From an uncultured bacterium (lineage in GTDB: Bacteria; Acidobacteriota; Aminicenantia; Aminicenantales; Saccharicenantaceae): 64,000 nucleotides of DNA. Of the stretch, positions 28,323-38,399 are shown one piece after another. The notes under the pieces are model-generated. The model was not told the origin of the DNA, ran no database searches, and was given only the letters and a program-made list of their open reading frames with translations. The translations under genes and the position numbers were made by a program. Location: NCBI GenBank assembly GCA_963827635.1, contig CAWHBV010000020.1:29318-93317 (forward strand), read 5' to 3'. Numbering within the stretch: the first letter of the stretch is position 1; every line of letters begins with the position of its first letter.

Positions 28323-29561
28323 TCAGTCCTGCAGGAAAATGTGGCCGTAGACCTTGGCGTCCCCGACCATGTTGTCGATGATGCAGTACTCGTTCGGCTG
28401 GTGGGCGGTCTCGTCGAGCTTGGACCAGCAGGCCGCCGGGAATCCGGCCCGGCGGAACACGGCCGCCACGGTCCCGCCCCCGATGCCCATGGCCCGGGCT
28501 TCCTTCCTGTAGACGGCCTTGACGGCCTTCTTGAGGGCCAGGACGACGGGGGCCTGGGGCGAGGTCGGCGGCGCGGCCGGGGCCTTCTGCACGATCTCCA
28601 TGTGGATCTTGACCTTGAACTTCCGCTCGATCTGCGAGGCCATCGTCCGGATGGTCTTCTCGACGTCCTGGACCTTGACGTCCGGCAGGATGCGCGAGTC
28701 GGTGTAGAAGACGTCCTCGCCGGGGATGGTGTTGACGTTGGGGACGTTGGCTTCCTTCTTGGTCGGCTCGAAGGTGGAGATGGGCGGGTCGAAGAGCTTG
28801 TCCTTGCCCGGGTAGATCTTGTAGAGGTCGTTCAGGGCGGCGATGAAGAAGCTCCCGGCCTTGAAGCTGTTGATGCCCCGCTCGGGGGTCGAGCCGTGGG
28901 CCTGCTTGCCGAGGACCTTGAACTTGAGCCAGAGCAGGCTCTTCTCGGCCACTTCGATCATCGTCCCGGTCTCGTTGCCGGCGTCGGGGACGACGATGAG
29001 GTCCTGGCGGCGGAAGACCTTGTGGTTCTGGAGGACGTAGTCGATGCCCTTGCGGCTGCCCGTCTCCTCGTCGGCGACCAGGGCGATGCCGATGTCGCAG
29101 TTGGGGACGATGCCCTCGGCCTGGAGGGCCTTGATGGCGTAGAGCGACGCGACCATGTCCTGCTGGTTGTCCTCGACGCCGCGGCCGTAGATCCGGCCCT
29201 TTTCGATCCAGGCCTTGAAGGGATTGCCGCGCCAGAGCGACATCTCGCCGGGCGGGACGACGTCGGTGTGGGTCATGATCCAGACGGTCCGGGCCGAGCT
29301 CTTGCCGCGGAAGTAGGCCAGGACGTTGGGGCGATAGCCGTCGGGCGCGTCGAGGTCGGGGGCCTTGATCAGGGAGATGTCGACGAAGCCGTTGGCGCCG
29401 AGCCAGTCGACGAGGAAGGCGGCCTTTTTGGCCTCGCCCTCGCCGCCGCTCGACGGGGCGATGGCCGGGATGGCGCAGAGCTTCATCTGGAGGTCGACCA
29501 TCTCGTCGCGGAACTGCTCGATCCGGCGGGAAAGCTTATCGAAGTTCGAGGGGAGGTTCAT
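28323..29561 (-). CDS. M20-family metallopeptidase/deacylase (ArgE/DapE-like)
   Basis: WIMTHTDVVPPG...GRGVEDNQQDMVA...VADEETGS...PDAGN.... Start taken at ATG 29561 (AGGAG 8 nt upstream); the track ORF begins at 29585. Confidence 0.8.
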   Translation of the reverse strand: MNLPSNFDKLSRRIEQFRDEMVDLQMKLCAIPAIAPSSGGEGEAKKAAFLVDWLGANGFVDISLIKAPDLDAPDGYRPNVLAYFRGKSSARTVWIMTHTDVVPPGEMSLWRGNPFKAWIEKGRIYGRGVEDNQQDMVASLYAIKALQAEGIVPNCDIGIALVADEETGSRKGIDYVLQNHKVFRRQDLIVVPDAGNETGTMIEVAEKSLLWLKFKVLGKQAHGSTPERGINSFKAGSFFIAALNDLYKIYPGKDKLFDPPISTFEPTKKEANVPNVNTIPGEDVFYTDSRILPDVKVQDVEKTIRTMASQIERKFKVKIHMEIVQKAPAAPPTSPQAPVVLALKKAVKAVYRKEARAMGIGGGTVAAVFRRAGFPAACWSKLDETAHQPNEYCIIDNMVGDAKVYGHIFLQD

Positions 29562-29634
29562 GCGGGCGCTCCTGGGTGCGGACATGAGAGGGAAATCTTA
29601 TCACGGCGGGGCGAAAAAGCAAAGAAGGCCGGCC

Positions 29635-30604
29635 TCACACGGAACGTGCCGGACCGTTCTCGCCGCCGTAGACGCCGATCCTGTGGATGAGCTGGTGGCG
29701 GCTCTTGACGTCCATCTTGCGGTACAGGCTGTAGACGTGGCTCTTGACCGTGTGGATGGAGATGTGGAGCGCCGTCTCGATCTCCTTGTAGCTCTTGCCG
29801 TCGATCATGAGCTCCAGGATCTCCATCTCGCGGGCGGTGAGGCCGCGGGCCCGGCCGATCGCGGGCAGGTCGAACCTCCCGCCCATGACCTTCCCCAAGC
29901 CGCCTGCCCAGGGCAGGAACCAGGCCTTGAGCCAGATGAGGGGCGCGAGGTTCGTGTACAGGCCGAGGAGCCGGGTGAGCGACAGGGCCCAGATCTCCGC
30001 CCCGGCCGGCGTCCAGACGCTCAGGGCCAGGTGGACGGGATAGCGGGCCAGGAACAGCCAGGCGAACGCGGCATCGACCTTCCGCCGGCCCGGATCGGCG
30101 GACTTCCGGCTTGACGGCCAGCAGCCAGCCGAGACAGGCCATGTCGAGGAGGCCCGGGGGCCAGACGAGCGCGAGCCAGAAGGTGTTGTCCGGCCTCGGC
30201 GGCGCCAGGGCCGGGAACTTCAGGGCCAGGAAGTACCAGGCCAGCACCGCGGCGGCGAAGACCCCCGCGACGGGCACGAGCCACGGCGGCACGGCCCTGT
30301 CCCGGCGCCGGAAGATGAACACGTACAGCGAGATGTGGACGGCCAGAACGAGGCCGGTGAGGACCGGCCATTCGACGAACCTGTACCAGAGGGAGAGGCC
30401 CGCCTGCTGGTCCGGGGTCAGGTTGCTCTGCCCGTAGGCGCCGAGAAAGGTCACCACGGCCAGGGCGTTGTAGAAGACCAGGAAGAGCCAAAGCCCGCCC
30501 AGCCGGTGCCGGGGGAAGAGGCGGGACCGCTGGCGGAACTCGACGAGGACCCAGATCCCGACGACGAGGATCAGGCCCATGGTCAGGACGTTGAAGTGCT
30601 TCAA
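29635..30604 (-). pseudogene. polytopic-membrane LuxR/GerE-family HTH regulator, interrupted by one +1 frameshift (or sequence error)
   Basis: The N-terminal frame (30604 downward) gives MKHFNVLTMGLILVVGIWVLV... with several TM helices. The C-terminal frame (ORF 29635..29898) gives LTAREMEILELMIDGKSYKEIETALHISIHTVKSHVYSLYRKMDVKSRHQLI (GerE HTH). That frame also reads through additional TM helices upstream (VDAAFAWLFLARYPVHLALSVW...). The junction is about 30085-30115. Length is 970 nt = 3n+1. Confidence 0.65.
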
Positions 30605-30781
30605 TTCCGGGTTTTACCCTTGACGGGAGGGGATTATAGGGGAACGGGGGTGCCGGTGGCAAGAAGGCCCTCGAAGGCCTCGGGAATCGGTATGAATTCC
30701 GGAGTTCATGCCGTTTCCCGATTGCCGTCCCCGGCCGCCGGGGCGTATAGTCCAACGCATGACCGTACTAAAGGAGCATCC

Positions 30782-31330
30782 ATGACCAAGAACCAAAAGC
30801 AAAGTCGGCGGAGTTTTCTCGGGCAATGCGCGAATGGCGGCGGCGCCTTTTGCGCCCTGCTGGTCCTCGGCCGGATCTCGGGAGCGCAGGAGAGCGCGAC
30901 GGCAAAGCCGGGACAGACCCAGAAGCCCGTCGATCCGAAGGCCCTGTGCTATTGCGGCATCCCCCAGGCCTACTGCGAGCAGCAGTGTGAGCTGTTCAAG
31001 GCCACCCGCGAGAACGACGTCGAGCTGAAGAAGGCCGTCTACGAGCGGTGGGAGATGAAGAAGAAATTCGGGGTCGATTGGGATCCCGACAAGATCTTCT
31101 GCTACGGCTGCAAGCCGGGCGACAAGCCTTTGAAGGTCGGCATGGCCGAATGTCCCGTCCGCGCCTGCCCGTCGGCCAACGGCCTCGAGTCGTGCGTCCA
31201 ATGTCTCGATCTGGCTTCGTGCGACAAGGCGTTCTGGAAGGACTGGCCGAACGCGTTCGATCTGGCCAAGAAGCTGCAAGCCCGGTACGCGGGCCAGCCC
31301 GGCGCGACGCTCAAACACGTGCGGACATAA
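30782..31330 (+). CDS. Tat-signal, Cys-rich DUF3795-like protein
   Basis: MTKNQKQSRRSFLGQCANGGGAFCALLVLG (twin-arginine motif). The mature part has 11 Cys in CxC/CxxC-type spacings (FCYGCKPG...ECPVRACPS...SCVQCLDLASC). AAAGGAG upstream of the ATG. Confidence 0.55.
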   Translation: MTKNQKQSRRSFLGQCANGGGAFCALLVLGRISGAQESATAKPGQTQKPVDPKALCYCGIPQAYCEQQCELFKATRENDVELKKAVYERWEMKKKFGVDWDPDKIFCYGCKPGDKPLKVGMAECPVRACPSANGLESCVQCLDLASCDKAFWKDWPNAFDLAKKLQARYAGQPGATLKHVRT

Positions 31331-31350
31331 ACGGGATCGGGGGCGAAAAC

Positions 31351-32278
31351 GTGAAAACCGCGAACCTCCCCGGTCTCGTCCGCGCGCTCGGCTTGACGGC
31401 CGCGCTGGGCGTCCTGGGGCCGCCGGCCTTGGCCCAAGCCGTTTCCCCCGCCAAAGCCGCCCGCCCGCCCATCTCCCAGGTCCGCGTCGAGCGGATCGCC
31501 TCGGCGCGTCTCGGCGAGACGCGGGAGGCCTGGGTGTCCCTGCCCGACCGCTACGATGAAACGCAAGACAGATACCCGGTCCTCTACATGCTGGACGGAG
31601 AGATCAATTTCAACTCGGGCGTCATCGGCGGCCTCCGCCAGGCGGGCTTCCTGGGCGAGATGCCCGATCTTCATCGTCGTCGGCGTGGTCAACACCGATC
31701 GCTCCAAGGACATCTTCCCCGAAGTCGTGACCTATGGCGACGGGACCAAGGACGGCGGCCGGGCCGACGCGTTCCTTGGCTTCATCGGCGAAGAGCTCGT
31801 TCCCCGGATCGAGAAGACCTACCGGACCGAGCCGTTCCGCGTTCTGTACGGGACGTCCAATACGGGCTTCACCGCCGTCTACGCGCTCTTTAAGGACCCC
31901 CGGCTGGCCAATGTCACCATTGCCGCGAGCGCTACGCTCTCCGTTCCCATTCTCCGCGACAATCGTGACGCGTGGATCCGCGATTTCAAGGCAGAGGACA
32001 AGCGCCTGATCCTGATCATGGGCGAGAACGATCTGCCCACCGTCTTGAGCCAGAACGGCGCGCTGAAAGAGCAATGCGACCTCATCGCCCCGGCCGGCCT
32101 GTCCTGCCGGCTGGCCGTCCTCCGCGGCGGCGGCCACGTCCCCGGGAACTCCCTGGTCGAAGGCCTGCGCCTCGCCTTCGAGGGCTGGAAGAAAGCCGTC
32201 GCGCGGTCTGCCGACCGAGGCGAATCCTCGGCCCGGCTCGAGGCGAGCGGAGATAAGCGAGAAGGACGGGGGGCATGA
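31351..32278 (+). pseudogene. secreted esterase (alpha/beta hydrolase, putative-esterase family), interrupted by one +1 frameshift (or sequence error)
   Basis: GTG 31351 gives VKTANLPGLVRALGLTAALGVLGPPALAQA...YPVLYMLDGEINF...FLGEMP. Frame +1 then continues IFIVVGVVNTDRSKD...LYGTSNTGFTAVYA (nucleophile elbow)...GGGHVP. Deleting one C of the CCC at 31662-31664 restores the frame. Length is 928 nt = 3n+1. Confidence 0.7.
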
Positions 32279-33243
32279 GGATCGCGGTCATCGGCGCGGG
32301 CGGCGTCGGCGGGTATTTCGGGGGACGGCTCGCGGCCGCCGGGAACGACGTGGTCTTCGTCGCCCGCGGGGCCCATGGGCGGGCGATCCGCGATCGCGGA
32401 TTGACCGTCAGGAGCGTTCTCGGGGATCTCCTGATCGAACCGGCGAAGGCCGTCGAGGACATCGCCGCCATCGGGAATGCGGACCTGATCCTCCTGGGGG
32501 TCAAGGCCTGGCAGGTCCAAGGCGTCGCCGCCGAGCTGCGCGGCGCCATCGGCGACCAGGCGACCGTCCTGCCGCTGCAGAACGGCGTCATGGCCGCCCA
32601 AGAGGTCGACGAGGCGTTGGGTCCCGGGCGCGTCGTCGGCGGCCTCTGCCGGATCCTCAGCCGGATCGAGTCGCCCGGCGTGATCCTCCATTCGGGCCTC
32701 GAGCCCTTCATCGCTTTCGGCGAGATGGACGGGCGGAGGACGGGCCGATGCCTGGCGATCCGGGACTGCCTCGCGGGAGCCGGGATCTCCGTGCTCCTCG
32801 AGGACGACATCCGTGCGGCGCTCTGGAAGAAGTTCATGGCCATCTGCGTCAGCGGCTTGCTGGCCTTGGCCCGGTCGCCCTACGGGGTCGTCCGGGAGAT
32901 GGCGGAAACCCGCGCGCTGATGATAGGGCTGCTGTCCGAGATCTACGCGGTCGCGTCACGGCTGGAGATCCTGAAAGATCCCGGCCTCGTCGACGAGACG
33001 ATGGCCTTGATCGACTCCTACCCCCCCGATTCCGTTTCGTCCTTGACCAGGGACGTCATGGAGGGAAGGCCTTCGGAGATCGAATACCAGAACGGGACGG
33101 CCATCCGATTCGCCGCGGAGCTCGGCATCGACGCCCCGATCAACCGCTTCGTCTACGGCTGCATCCTGCCCATGGAGCGGGCCGCCCGCGCCCCAGGCCT
33201 GGGACCGACGGGAGCGCGAACCTCGGAGGGAGGAAGACCATGA
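32275..33243 (+). CDS. panE: 2-dehydropantoate 2-reductase (ApbA/PanE family)
   Basis: MRIAVIGAGGVGGYFGGRLAAAGNDVVFVARG... Rossmann N-terminus and ApbA C-terminal domain. ATGA overlap with the upstream stop. Confidence 0.8.
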   Translation: MRIAVIGAGGVGGYFGGRLAAAGNDVVFVARGAHGRAIRDRGLTVRSVLGDLLIEPAKAVEDIAAIGNADLILLGVKAWQVQGVAAELRGAIGDQATVLPLQNGVMAAQEVDEALGPGRVVGGLCRILSRIESPGVILHSGLEPFIAFGEMDGRRTGRCLAIRDCLAGAGISVLLEDDIRAALWKKFMAICVSGLLALARSPYGVVREMAETRALMIGLLSEIYAVASRLEILKDPGLVDETMALIDSYPPDSVSSLTRDVMEGRPSEIEYQNGTAIRFAAELGIDAPINRFVYGCILPMERAARAPGLGPTGARTSEGGRP

Positions 33244-34232
33244 AAGCCATCGTCTACACCGAATTCGGTTCCCCCGACGTCCTTCGGCTCGAGGAGACCC
33301 CAAGGCCCGAGCCGAAGCGCAACGAGATCCTCGTCCGGGTCCGGGCCGCCGGCGTCAACTTCGGGGACATCATGGCCCGGAGCTTCCGGTCCGTGACGCC
33401 CCGCGGCTTCAACATGCCGTTCCTGTTCTGGCTCCCGGCCAAGATGGCCATCGGCTGGAGGAAGCCCCGGGTCCGCGTCCTGGGCAACGAGTTCGCCGGG
33501 GACGTCGAGTCGGCCGGCCGGGACGTCACCCGCTTCAAGCCCGGCGACGCGGTCTTCGGTTATACCGGCGAGCGCTTCGGCGCCCACGCCGAGTTCCTCC
33601 GCCTGTCTGAAAACGCGCCGGTGGCCCTCAAGCCCGCCAACCTGTCCTACGAAGAGGCCGCCGTCATCCCCTACGGGGCTCTGATGGCCCTCTCTCTCCT
33701 GCGCCGGGTGGACCTCCGGCCGGGCCGGAGGATCCTCATCAACGGGGCCAGCGGCGGCATCGGCTCGGCCGCGGTGCAGATCGCCAAGCATCTCGGGGCC
33801 GACGTGACCGCGGTCTGCGGCGGCCCCCGGCTCGCATACGTCCGGGCCCTGGGCGCGGACCGGGCCATCGACTACGCCGAAGAGGACTTCACCCGCGGCG
33901 CCGACACCTACGATGTCGTCTTCGACGTCTTGGGCCGGGCGCCCGTCTCCCGGGTCAGGCGCGTCCTGGAGCCCCGCGGCGTCCATCTCTGCGCGAGCTT
34001 CAAGACCCGGCACCTCGTGGCGATGGCCCGCACATCCCTCGCCCGCGGCCGGCGGGTCGTCTGCGCGCTGGCGCCCGGACGCCTCGAGGACCTGCTCACG
34101 GTCCGCGAGCTGGCCGAGGCGGGCGCGATCCGGGCCATCGTCGACCGGCGCTTCCCGATGGAGGAGGCCGCCGAGGCCGTCCGCTATCTCGAATCGGGAC
34201 GCGCCGAAGGCAAGGTCGTTCTCGTGATGTGA
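33240..34232 (+). CDS. NAD(P)H-dependent quinone oxidoreductase / zinc-type alcohol dehydrogenase-like (MDR family)
   Basis: MKAIVYTEFGSPDVLRLEETPRPEP...VRVRAAGVNFGD...INGASGGIGSAAVQIAK. ATGA overlap with the panE stop. Confidence 0.8.
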   Translation: MKAIVYTEFGSPDVLRLEETPRPEPKRNEILVRVRAAGVNFGDIMARSFRSVTPRGFNMPFLFWLPAKMAIGWRKPRVRVLGNEFAGDVESAGRDVTRFKPGDAVFGYTGERFGAHAEFLRLSENAPVALKPANLSYEEAAVIPYGALMALSLLRRVDLRPGRRILINGASGGIGSAAVQIAKHLGADVTAVCGGPRLAYVRALGADRAIDYAEEDFTRGADTYDVVFDVLGRAPVSRVRRVLEPRGVHLCASFKTRHLVAMARTSLARGRRVVCALAPGRLEDLLTVRELAEAGAIRAIVDRRFPMEEAAEAVRYLESGRAEGKVVLVM

Positions 34233-34238
34233 AGAGGG

Positions 34239-34814
34239 CTAAGAAGCCGGCCGCTCCTCGCGGAGGATGCGGACGCCGATGAAGCCGTACTGGACGAAGG
34301 ACGCGGCGGTCAGCAGGGCCGTCAGGATGTAGCACCACTTCAGGGCCACGGGCGTCAGCCCGGCGGCGTTGGCGTAGAGGACGTAATACAGCAGGAAGAC
34401 CTGGCAGATCGTGCTGGCCTTGCCGGCGAGGGTGGGCGGGAACGACCGCTTGCCCCGGAGGGCCATGATGAGACAAGCCCCGGCGGCGATGGCCACGTCG
34501 CGTCCCACGCAGAGGGCCGTCAGCCACAGGGGCAGGGCGTTCGGCCGGGCCAGCGCCGGCAGGGTCAGGACGACGAAGCCGGTCGTCAGCAGGACCTTGT
34601 CGCCGATCGGGTCGAGCCACAGGCCGAGCGTCGATTTGAGCTTGAGCGCCCGGGCGGTGAAGCCGTCGAGGGCGTCGGTCGCGCCGGCGACGAGGAAGAC
34701 GGCGAAGGCCGCCCACGGCCTGTGCTGGACCATCATGAGGACGAAGACGGGCGCGAGCAGGATGCGGGAGAGGGACAGGAGGTTGGGCAGGGTGAAGAGG
34801 CCGCTCATGGTCAC
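34239..34814 (-). CDS. pgsA: CDP-alcohol phosphatidyltransferase (PgsA-like)
   Basis: GATDALDGFTARALKLKSTLGLWLDPIGDKVLL matches D-x2-DG-x2-AR...G-x3-D-x3-D. Multi-TM protein. Confidence 0.8.
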   Translation of the reverse strand: MTMSGLFTLPNLLSLSRILLAPVFVLMMVQHRPWAAFAVFLVAGATDALDGFTARALKLKSTLGLWLDPIGDKVLLTTGFVVLTLPALARPNALPLWLTALCVGRDVAIAAGACLIMALRGKRSFPPTLAGKASTICQVFLLYYVLYANAAGLTPVALKWCYILTALLTAASFVQYGFIGVRILREERPAS

Positions 34815-36133
34815 TTGGCCAGTCCGTGGATGATGTCCATGACCCGGATGGCCTCCTCGCCGGAGACGGTCCGTTCGGGCTCGAAGTTCCGCCCCGGGGT
34901 CAGGGTCATGACCTGGTAGGCGAGGGCCTTGGTGATCGCCGCGAAATAGAAATTGTCGGGAGAGACGTCGGCGATCTGGATGCGCCGCGTCTCGACGAGG
35001 GGCACGAACTTCGCCCCCCTCTTCTGGAGGACGGCGATGAGCCGGACGGCCGCGTCGGCCAGGTCGGCCCGGTTGATGATCCGCCGGGGCTGGAAGGTGT
35101 GGTTGACCGAGGCGGGCATGATCTCGAGCGAAGCGACCTTGACGATGAACCTCTGGGCCCAGGACGTCGCGATGTCGACCAGGATCTCGGTCCGCCCGCC
35201 GGGGGCTTCGAGGACATCGCCGAACTTGACCCCGATGAGGGCGGCCAGGTCCTCCCGGGTGACGGCCTCCAGGGCCGGGATGCCGTCGTACTGGCTGGGC
35301 AGCTCGTAGACGCCCAGCTTGGACTTGATCTCCTCGACCCGCTTGCCGATCGCCGCATCCTTCGGCTCGGCCGCCGCGAGGCGTTCGAGGATCTCCAGAC
35401 TCCGCCCGAGATCGCCGCCCTCGGCCAGGGCGTCGGCGTATTCCTTCAGGAGGGCCTTGTCCGCCTTCCGGCCCTCGACGGCCGATTTGTAGTGGAGGAG
35501 CGCGGACGGCATGTTCTTCTCCTGCCGGAAGAGCCGGGCCAGCTCGAGGTGGATCGCGGGCGTGTCGGGCGCGTAGTTCAGGACCTTGAGGAACTCCCTT
35601 TTCGCCGTCTCGCGGTTGCCCGCGGCGTAGGCCTCGCGGGCGGCGGCCGTGGCTTCCCGGACGAGGTCGTTCTGCAGGGCCTCGAAGCGCGGCGCGGCCC
35701 AGCGGTGGTCCGGTTCCCGCTCGAGGATGATCCGAAGCTCGCTGAAGGCCTTGTCCCGCTCCCGCCGCGATTCGTAGATCTGGACGAGCCCGACCCTCGA
35801 CGGCGTCATGCCGGGTGTTCCGGCCAGCGAGGACCTGAACCGGGCTTCGGCGGCCTGGAGGTTCCCGGTGCAGAGGTCGACGTAGGCCAGCCCGACTTCG
35901 CGGACGGGATTGGCCGTCCCCAGCTTCATCAGGTTCTTCCGGGCCAGGTCGTACCGCCCGGCCTTGAGCGCGTCCCAGGCGTCCTCGGCCGCGATCCGGT
36001 CGTCCAGCCGCAGGCGCGTGGCCGTGTCCGCCGGCAGGTCCTCGACGAAGAACGCCGGCGGGGCGGTCGGCGCCGTGGCGCAGGACCAGGCCCCCAGGAG
36101 GGCCAGGCCGACGACGGCGATTCTCTTCACCAT
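34811..36133 (-). CDS. lipoprotein with TPR repeats and C-terminal SLH-like domains
   Basis: MVKRIAVVGLALLGAWSC (lipobox-like). TPR units in the middle. C-terminal ...ADVSPDNFYFAAITKALAYQVMTL...FEPERTVSGEEAI resembles S-layer-homology repeats. Confidence 0.55.
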   Translation of the reverse strand: MVKRIAVVGLALLGAWSCATAPTAPPAFFVEDLPADTATRLRLDDRIAAEDAWDALKAGRYDLARKNLMKLGTANPVREVGLAYVDLCTGNLQAAEARFRSSLAGTPGMTPSRVGLVQIYESRRERDKAFSELRIILEREPDHRWAAPRFEALQNDLVREATAAAREAYAAGNRETAKREFLKVLNYAPDTPAIHLELARLFRQEKNMPSALLHYKSAVEGRKADKALLKEYADALAEGGDLGRSLEILERLAAAEPKDAAIGKRVEEIKSKLGVYELPSQYDGIPALEAVTREDLAALIGVKFGDVLEAPGGRTEILVDIATSWAQRFIVKVASLEIMPASVNHTFQPRRIINRADLADAAVRLIAVLQKRGAKFVPLVETRRIQIADVSPDNFYFAAITKALAYQVMTLTPGRNFEPERTVSGEEAIRVMDIIHGLAK

Positions 36134-37395
36134 GACGCGTCTCCTTGCTCGATGTAGGGCAGGAAGTTGACGATCCCCGCCGGTTCGGCCATGACCTTGA
36201 ACTCGACGAAGCCCTCGCTCTCCCGCCGCTTCAGGACGAGCGAGCGGCGGGCGAGGGAGTCGGTGATCTCGCGGGTCTCCTTGGGGACCCGGATGTAATA
36301 GAGCTTGTAGCCGCCGAAGAGCACCTCGCGGAGCCGGCGCAGGAGGTCCGGGACGCCCTCGCCCGTCCGGGCCGAGATGGCGATCGTCCGGGTCTCCCGG
36401 TCGGCGTTCCGCCGGAGGAGAAGCGTCCGTTCCTCGTCGGCGAGGAGATCGATCTTGTTGAGGATCTTGACGACCGGGACGTCCGCGATGCCGAGGTCGG
36501 CCAGGATGGCCTCCACGGAGGCCAGCTGGTGCTCCGCCGCGGGCGAGGCGGCGTCGACGACGTGGCAGATGCAGTCGGCTTCGCCGACCTCCTCGAGGGT
36601 CGCCCGGAAAGACGTGACCAGCTCGACGGGAAGCTTCTTGATGAAGCCGACCGTGTCGGTCAGGAAGAAGAACGTCCCGTCCGGGAGGGAGACGCGGCGA
36701 AGCAGGGGGTCCAGGGTGGAGAAGAGGTTCGACGACGTGTAGCGCTTCTCTTCGGCCAACAGGTTGAAAAGAGTGGATTTGCCGGCGCTCGTGTACCCGA
36801 CGAGGGAGACCGTGGGCACGGGGCTCTCCCGGCGGCTCTCGCGCTGGCTGGAGCGGCGCCTGCCGAGTCCGTCGATGTCCCGCTTGAGCCGGGTGATGCG
36901 GTCGGTGATGCGGCGTCGGTCGACCTCGAGCTTCTTCTCGCCGGGGCCTCGCGTGCCGATGCCGGCGCCCTGCTGGGTCAGGCTCAGCCCCTTGCCCCGC
37001 AGGCGCGGCAGCTGATAGCTCAGCTGGGCCAGCTCCACCTGGAGCTTGCCCTCGTTCGTCCGGGCCCGCTGGGCGAAGATGTCGAGGATGAGCTGGGTCC
37101 GGTCGACGACCTTGACCTTGATCTCCTCTTCCAGGTTCTGCTGCTGGGAGGCATTGAGGTTCCGGTCGAAGATCACCATGTCGGCATCGGCTTCGCGGGC
37201 CGCGTGGGCGATCTCTTCGACCTTGCCCTCACCGACGAGCCAGCGGGGATTGAGACGGGGCCGGACCTGGAAGATCCGGCCGGCGACTTCGGCCCCGGCG
37301 GCGACGGCCAGCCCGGCGAGCTCCTCGACGGACTCCTCCGCTTCGTTCTTTTCCGCCTTGGTGACGGCCACGTTGACGAGTATCGCGCGTTCCAT
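36127..37395 (-). CDS. hflX: GTPase HflX
   Basis: HflX N-domain (DRTQLILDIFAQRARTNEGKLQVELAQLSYQLPRL). G-domain with LVGYTSAGKSTLFN and DTVGF. Confidence 0.9.
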   Translation of the reverse strand: MERAILVNVAVTKAEKNEAEESVEELAGLAVAAGAEVAGRIFQVRPRLNPRWLVGEGKVEEIAHAAREADADMVIFDRNLNASQQQNLEEEIKVKVVDRTQLILDIFAQRARTNEGKLQVELAQLSYQLPRLRGKGLSLTQQGAGIGTRGPGEKKLEVDRRRITDRITRLKRDIDGLGRRRSSQRESRRESPVPTVSLVGYTSAGKSTLFNLLAEEKRYTSSNLFSTLDPLLRRVSLPDGTFFFLTDTVGFIKKLPVELVTSFRATLEEVGEADCICHVVDAASPAAEHQLASVEAILADLGIADVPVVKILNKIDLLADEERTLLLRRNADRETRTIAISARTGEGVPDLLRRLREVLFGGYKLYYIRVPKETREITDSLARRSLVLKRRESEGFVEFKVMAEPAGIVNFLPYIEQGDASW

Positions 37396-37409
37396 GGGAT
37401 CCCGGGGTC

Positions 37410-38333
37410 CTATTGTAATTGGTTTCGGAGGTGTTGCTCAAGTCCCGGTCCGTCGTCGGGGGCGAACCAGGCCACCTCGGCCATCTTCCGGAACCAGGTC
37501 ATCTGCCTTTTGGCGTACTGGCGGGTGTCGGCTTTGGTCAGCGCCACGGCCTCGTCGAGGCCGAGCCCGCCCCGGAGATGCGCCAAGACGTGGCGGTAGC
37601 CCAGGGCCCGGAAGGGCGGGGCGTCCTCGGGGATGCCCTTCTCGAGGAGGCCCCGGACCTCGCCGACGAGGCCCCGGGCGAACATCCGGTCGACCCGGTC
37701 CTCGATGCGCCGGACGAGCACGGCCCGCTCGAGACGGAGGCCGATGCGGACGACTTTCCGGCCCGCGACGGGCGACGCGGTCGCCAGGAAGTGCTCGGAG
37801 ATCGGCCGGCCGGTCGCCGCGTGGACTTCGAGGGCCCGGACGATCCGGACGCGGTCGCGGTCCCTGATCTTCGCCGCGTAGGCCGGGTCCACTTCCTCGA
37901 GCCGGCGGAAAAGGGCGTCGAGCCCTTTCTCGCGGGCCTCGGCCTCGAGGGCCGCCCGCACGGCCGGGTCGCGGCCGGGACCGGGGAAGAGCCCGTCGAC
38001 GAGGGCCTTGAGGTAGAGCCCGGTGCCCCCGGCGACGATGGGCAGCCGGCCGCGGGAGGATATATCCTGGGCCGCGGCCAGGGCCTCCCGGACGAAATCG
38101 GCCGCGGTGAACTGGACCGTCGGATCGACGGTGTCGATGAGGTGGTGCGGGACGCCGCGCCGCTCGGCGGGCGAGGGCTTGTCCGTGCCGATGTCGAAGC
38201 CGCGGTAGACCTGGATGGAATCGCCGCTGATGATCTCGCCGCCGAAACAGAGGGCCAGGTCGACGGCGACGCGGCTCTTGCCGACGGCGGTCGGACCGAG
38301 GACGACGACCAGGGCGGGGGCTTCAGGTTCCAA
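37410..38333 (-). CDS. miaA: tRNA dimethylallyltransferase
   Basis: VVLGPTAVGKSRVAVDLA...SGDSIQVYRGFDIGTDKP...HHLID. Only a TTG (38333) is available as start because TGA lies three codons upstream in frame. Confidence 0.9.
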   Translation of the reverse strand: MEPEAPALVVVLGPTAVGKSRVAVDLALCFGGEIISGDSIQVYRGFDIGTDKPSPAERRGVPHHLIDTVDPTVQFTAADFVREALAAAQDISSRGRLPIVAGGTGLYLKALVDGLFPGPGRDPAVRAALEAEAREKGLDALFRRLEEVDPAYAAKIRDRDRVRIVRALEVHAATGRPISEHFLATASPVAGRKVVRIGLRLERAVLVRRIEDRVDRMFARGLVGEVRGLLEKGIPEDAPPFRALGYRHVLAHLRGGLGLDEAVALTKADTRQYAKRQMTWFRKMAEVAWFAPDDGPGLEQHLRNQLQ

Positions 38334-38399
38334 TTTCGATCAGGATCCAGACGGCGAGCAGGGACGCGAAGACGAGGAGGGCGAGAAGCTGCCGCCGCT

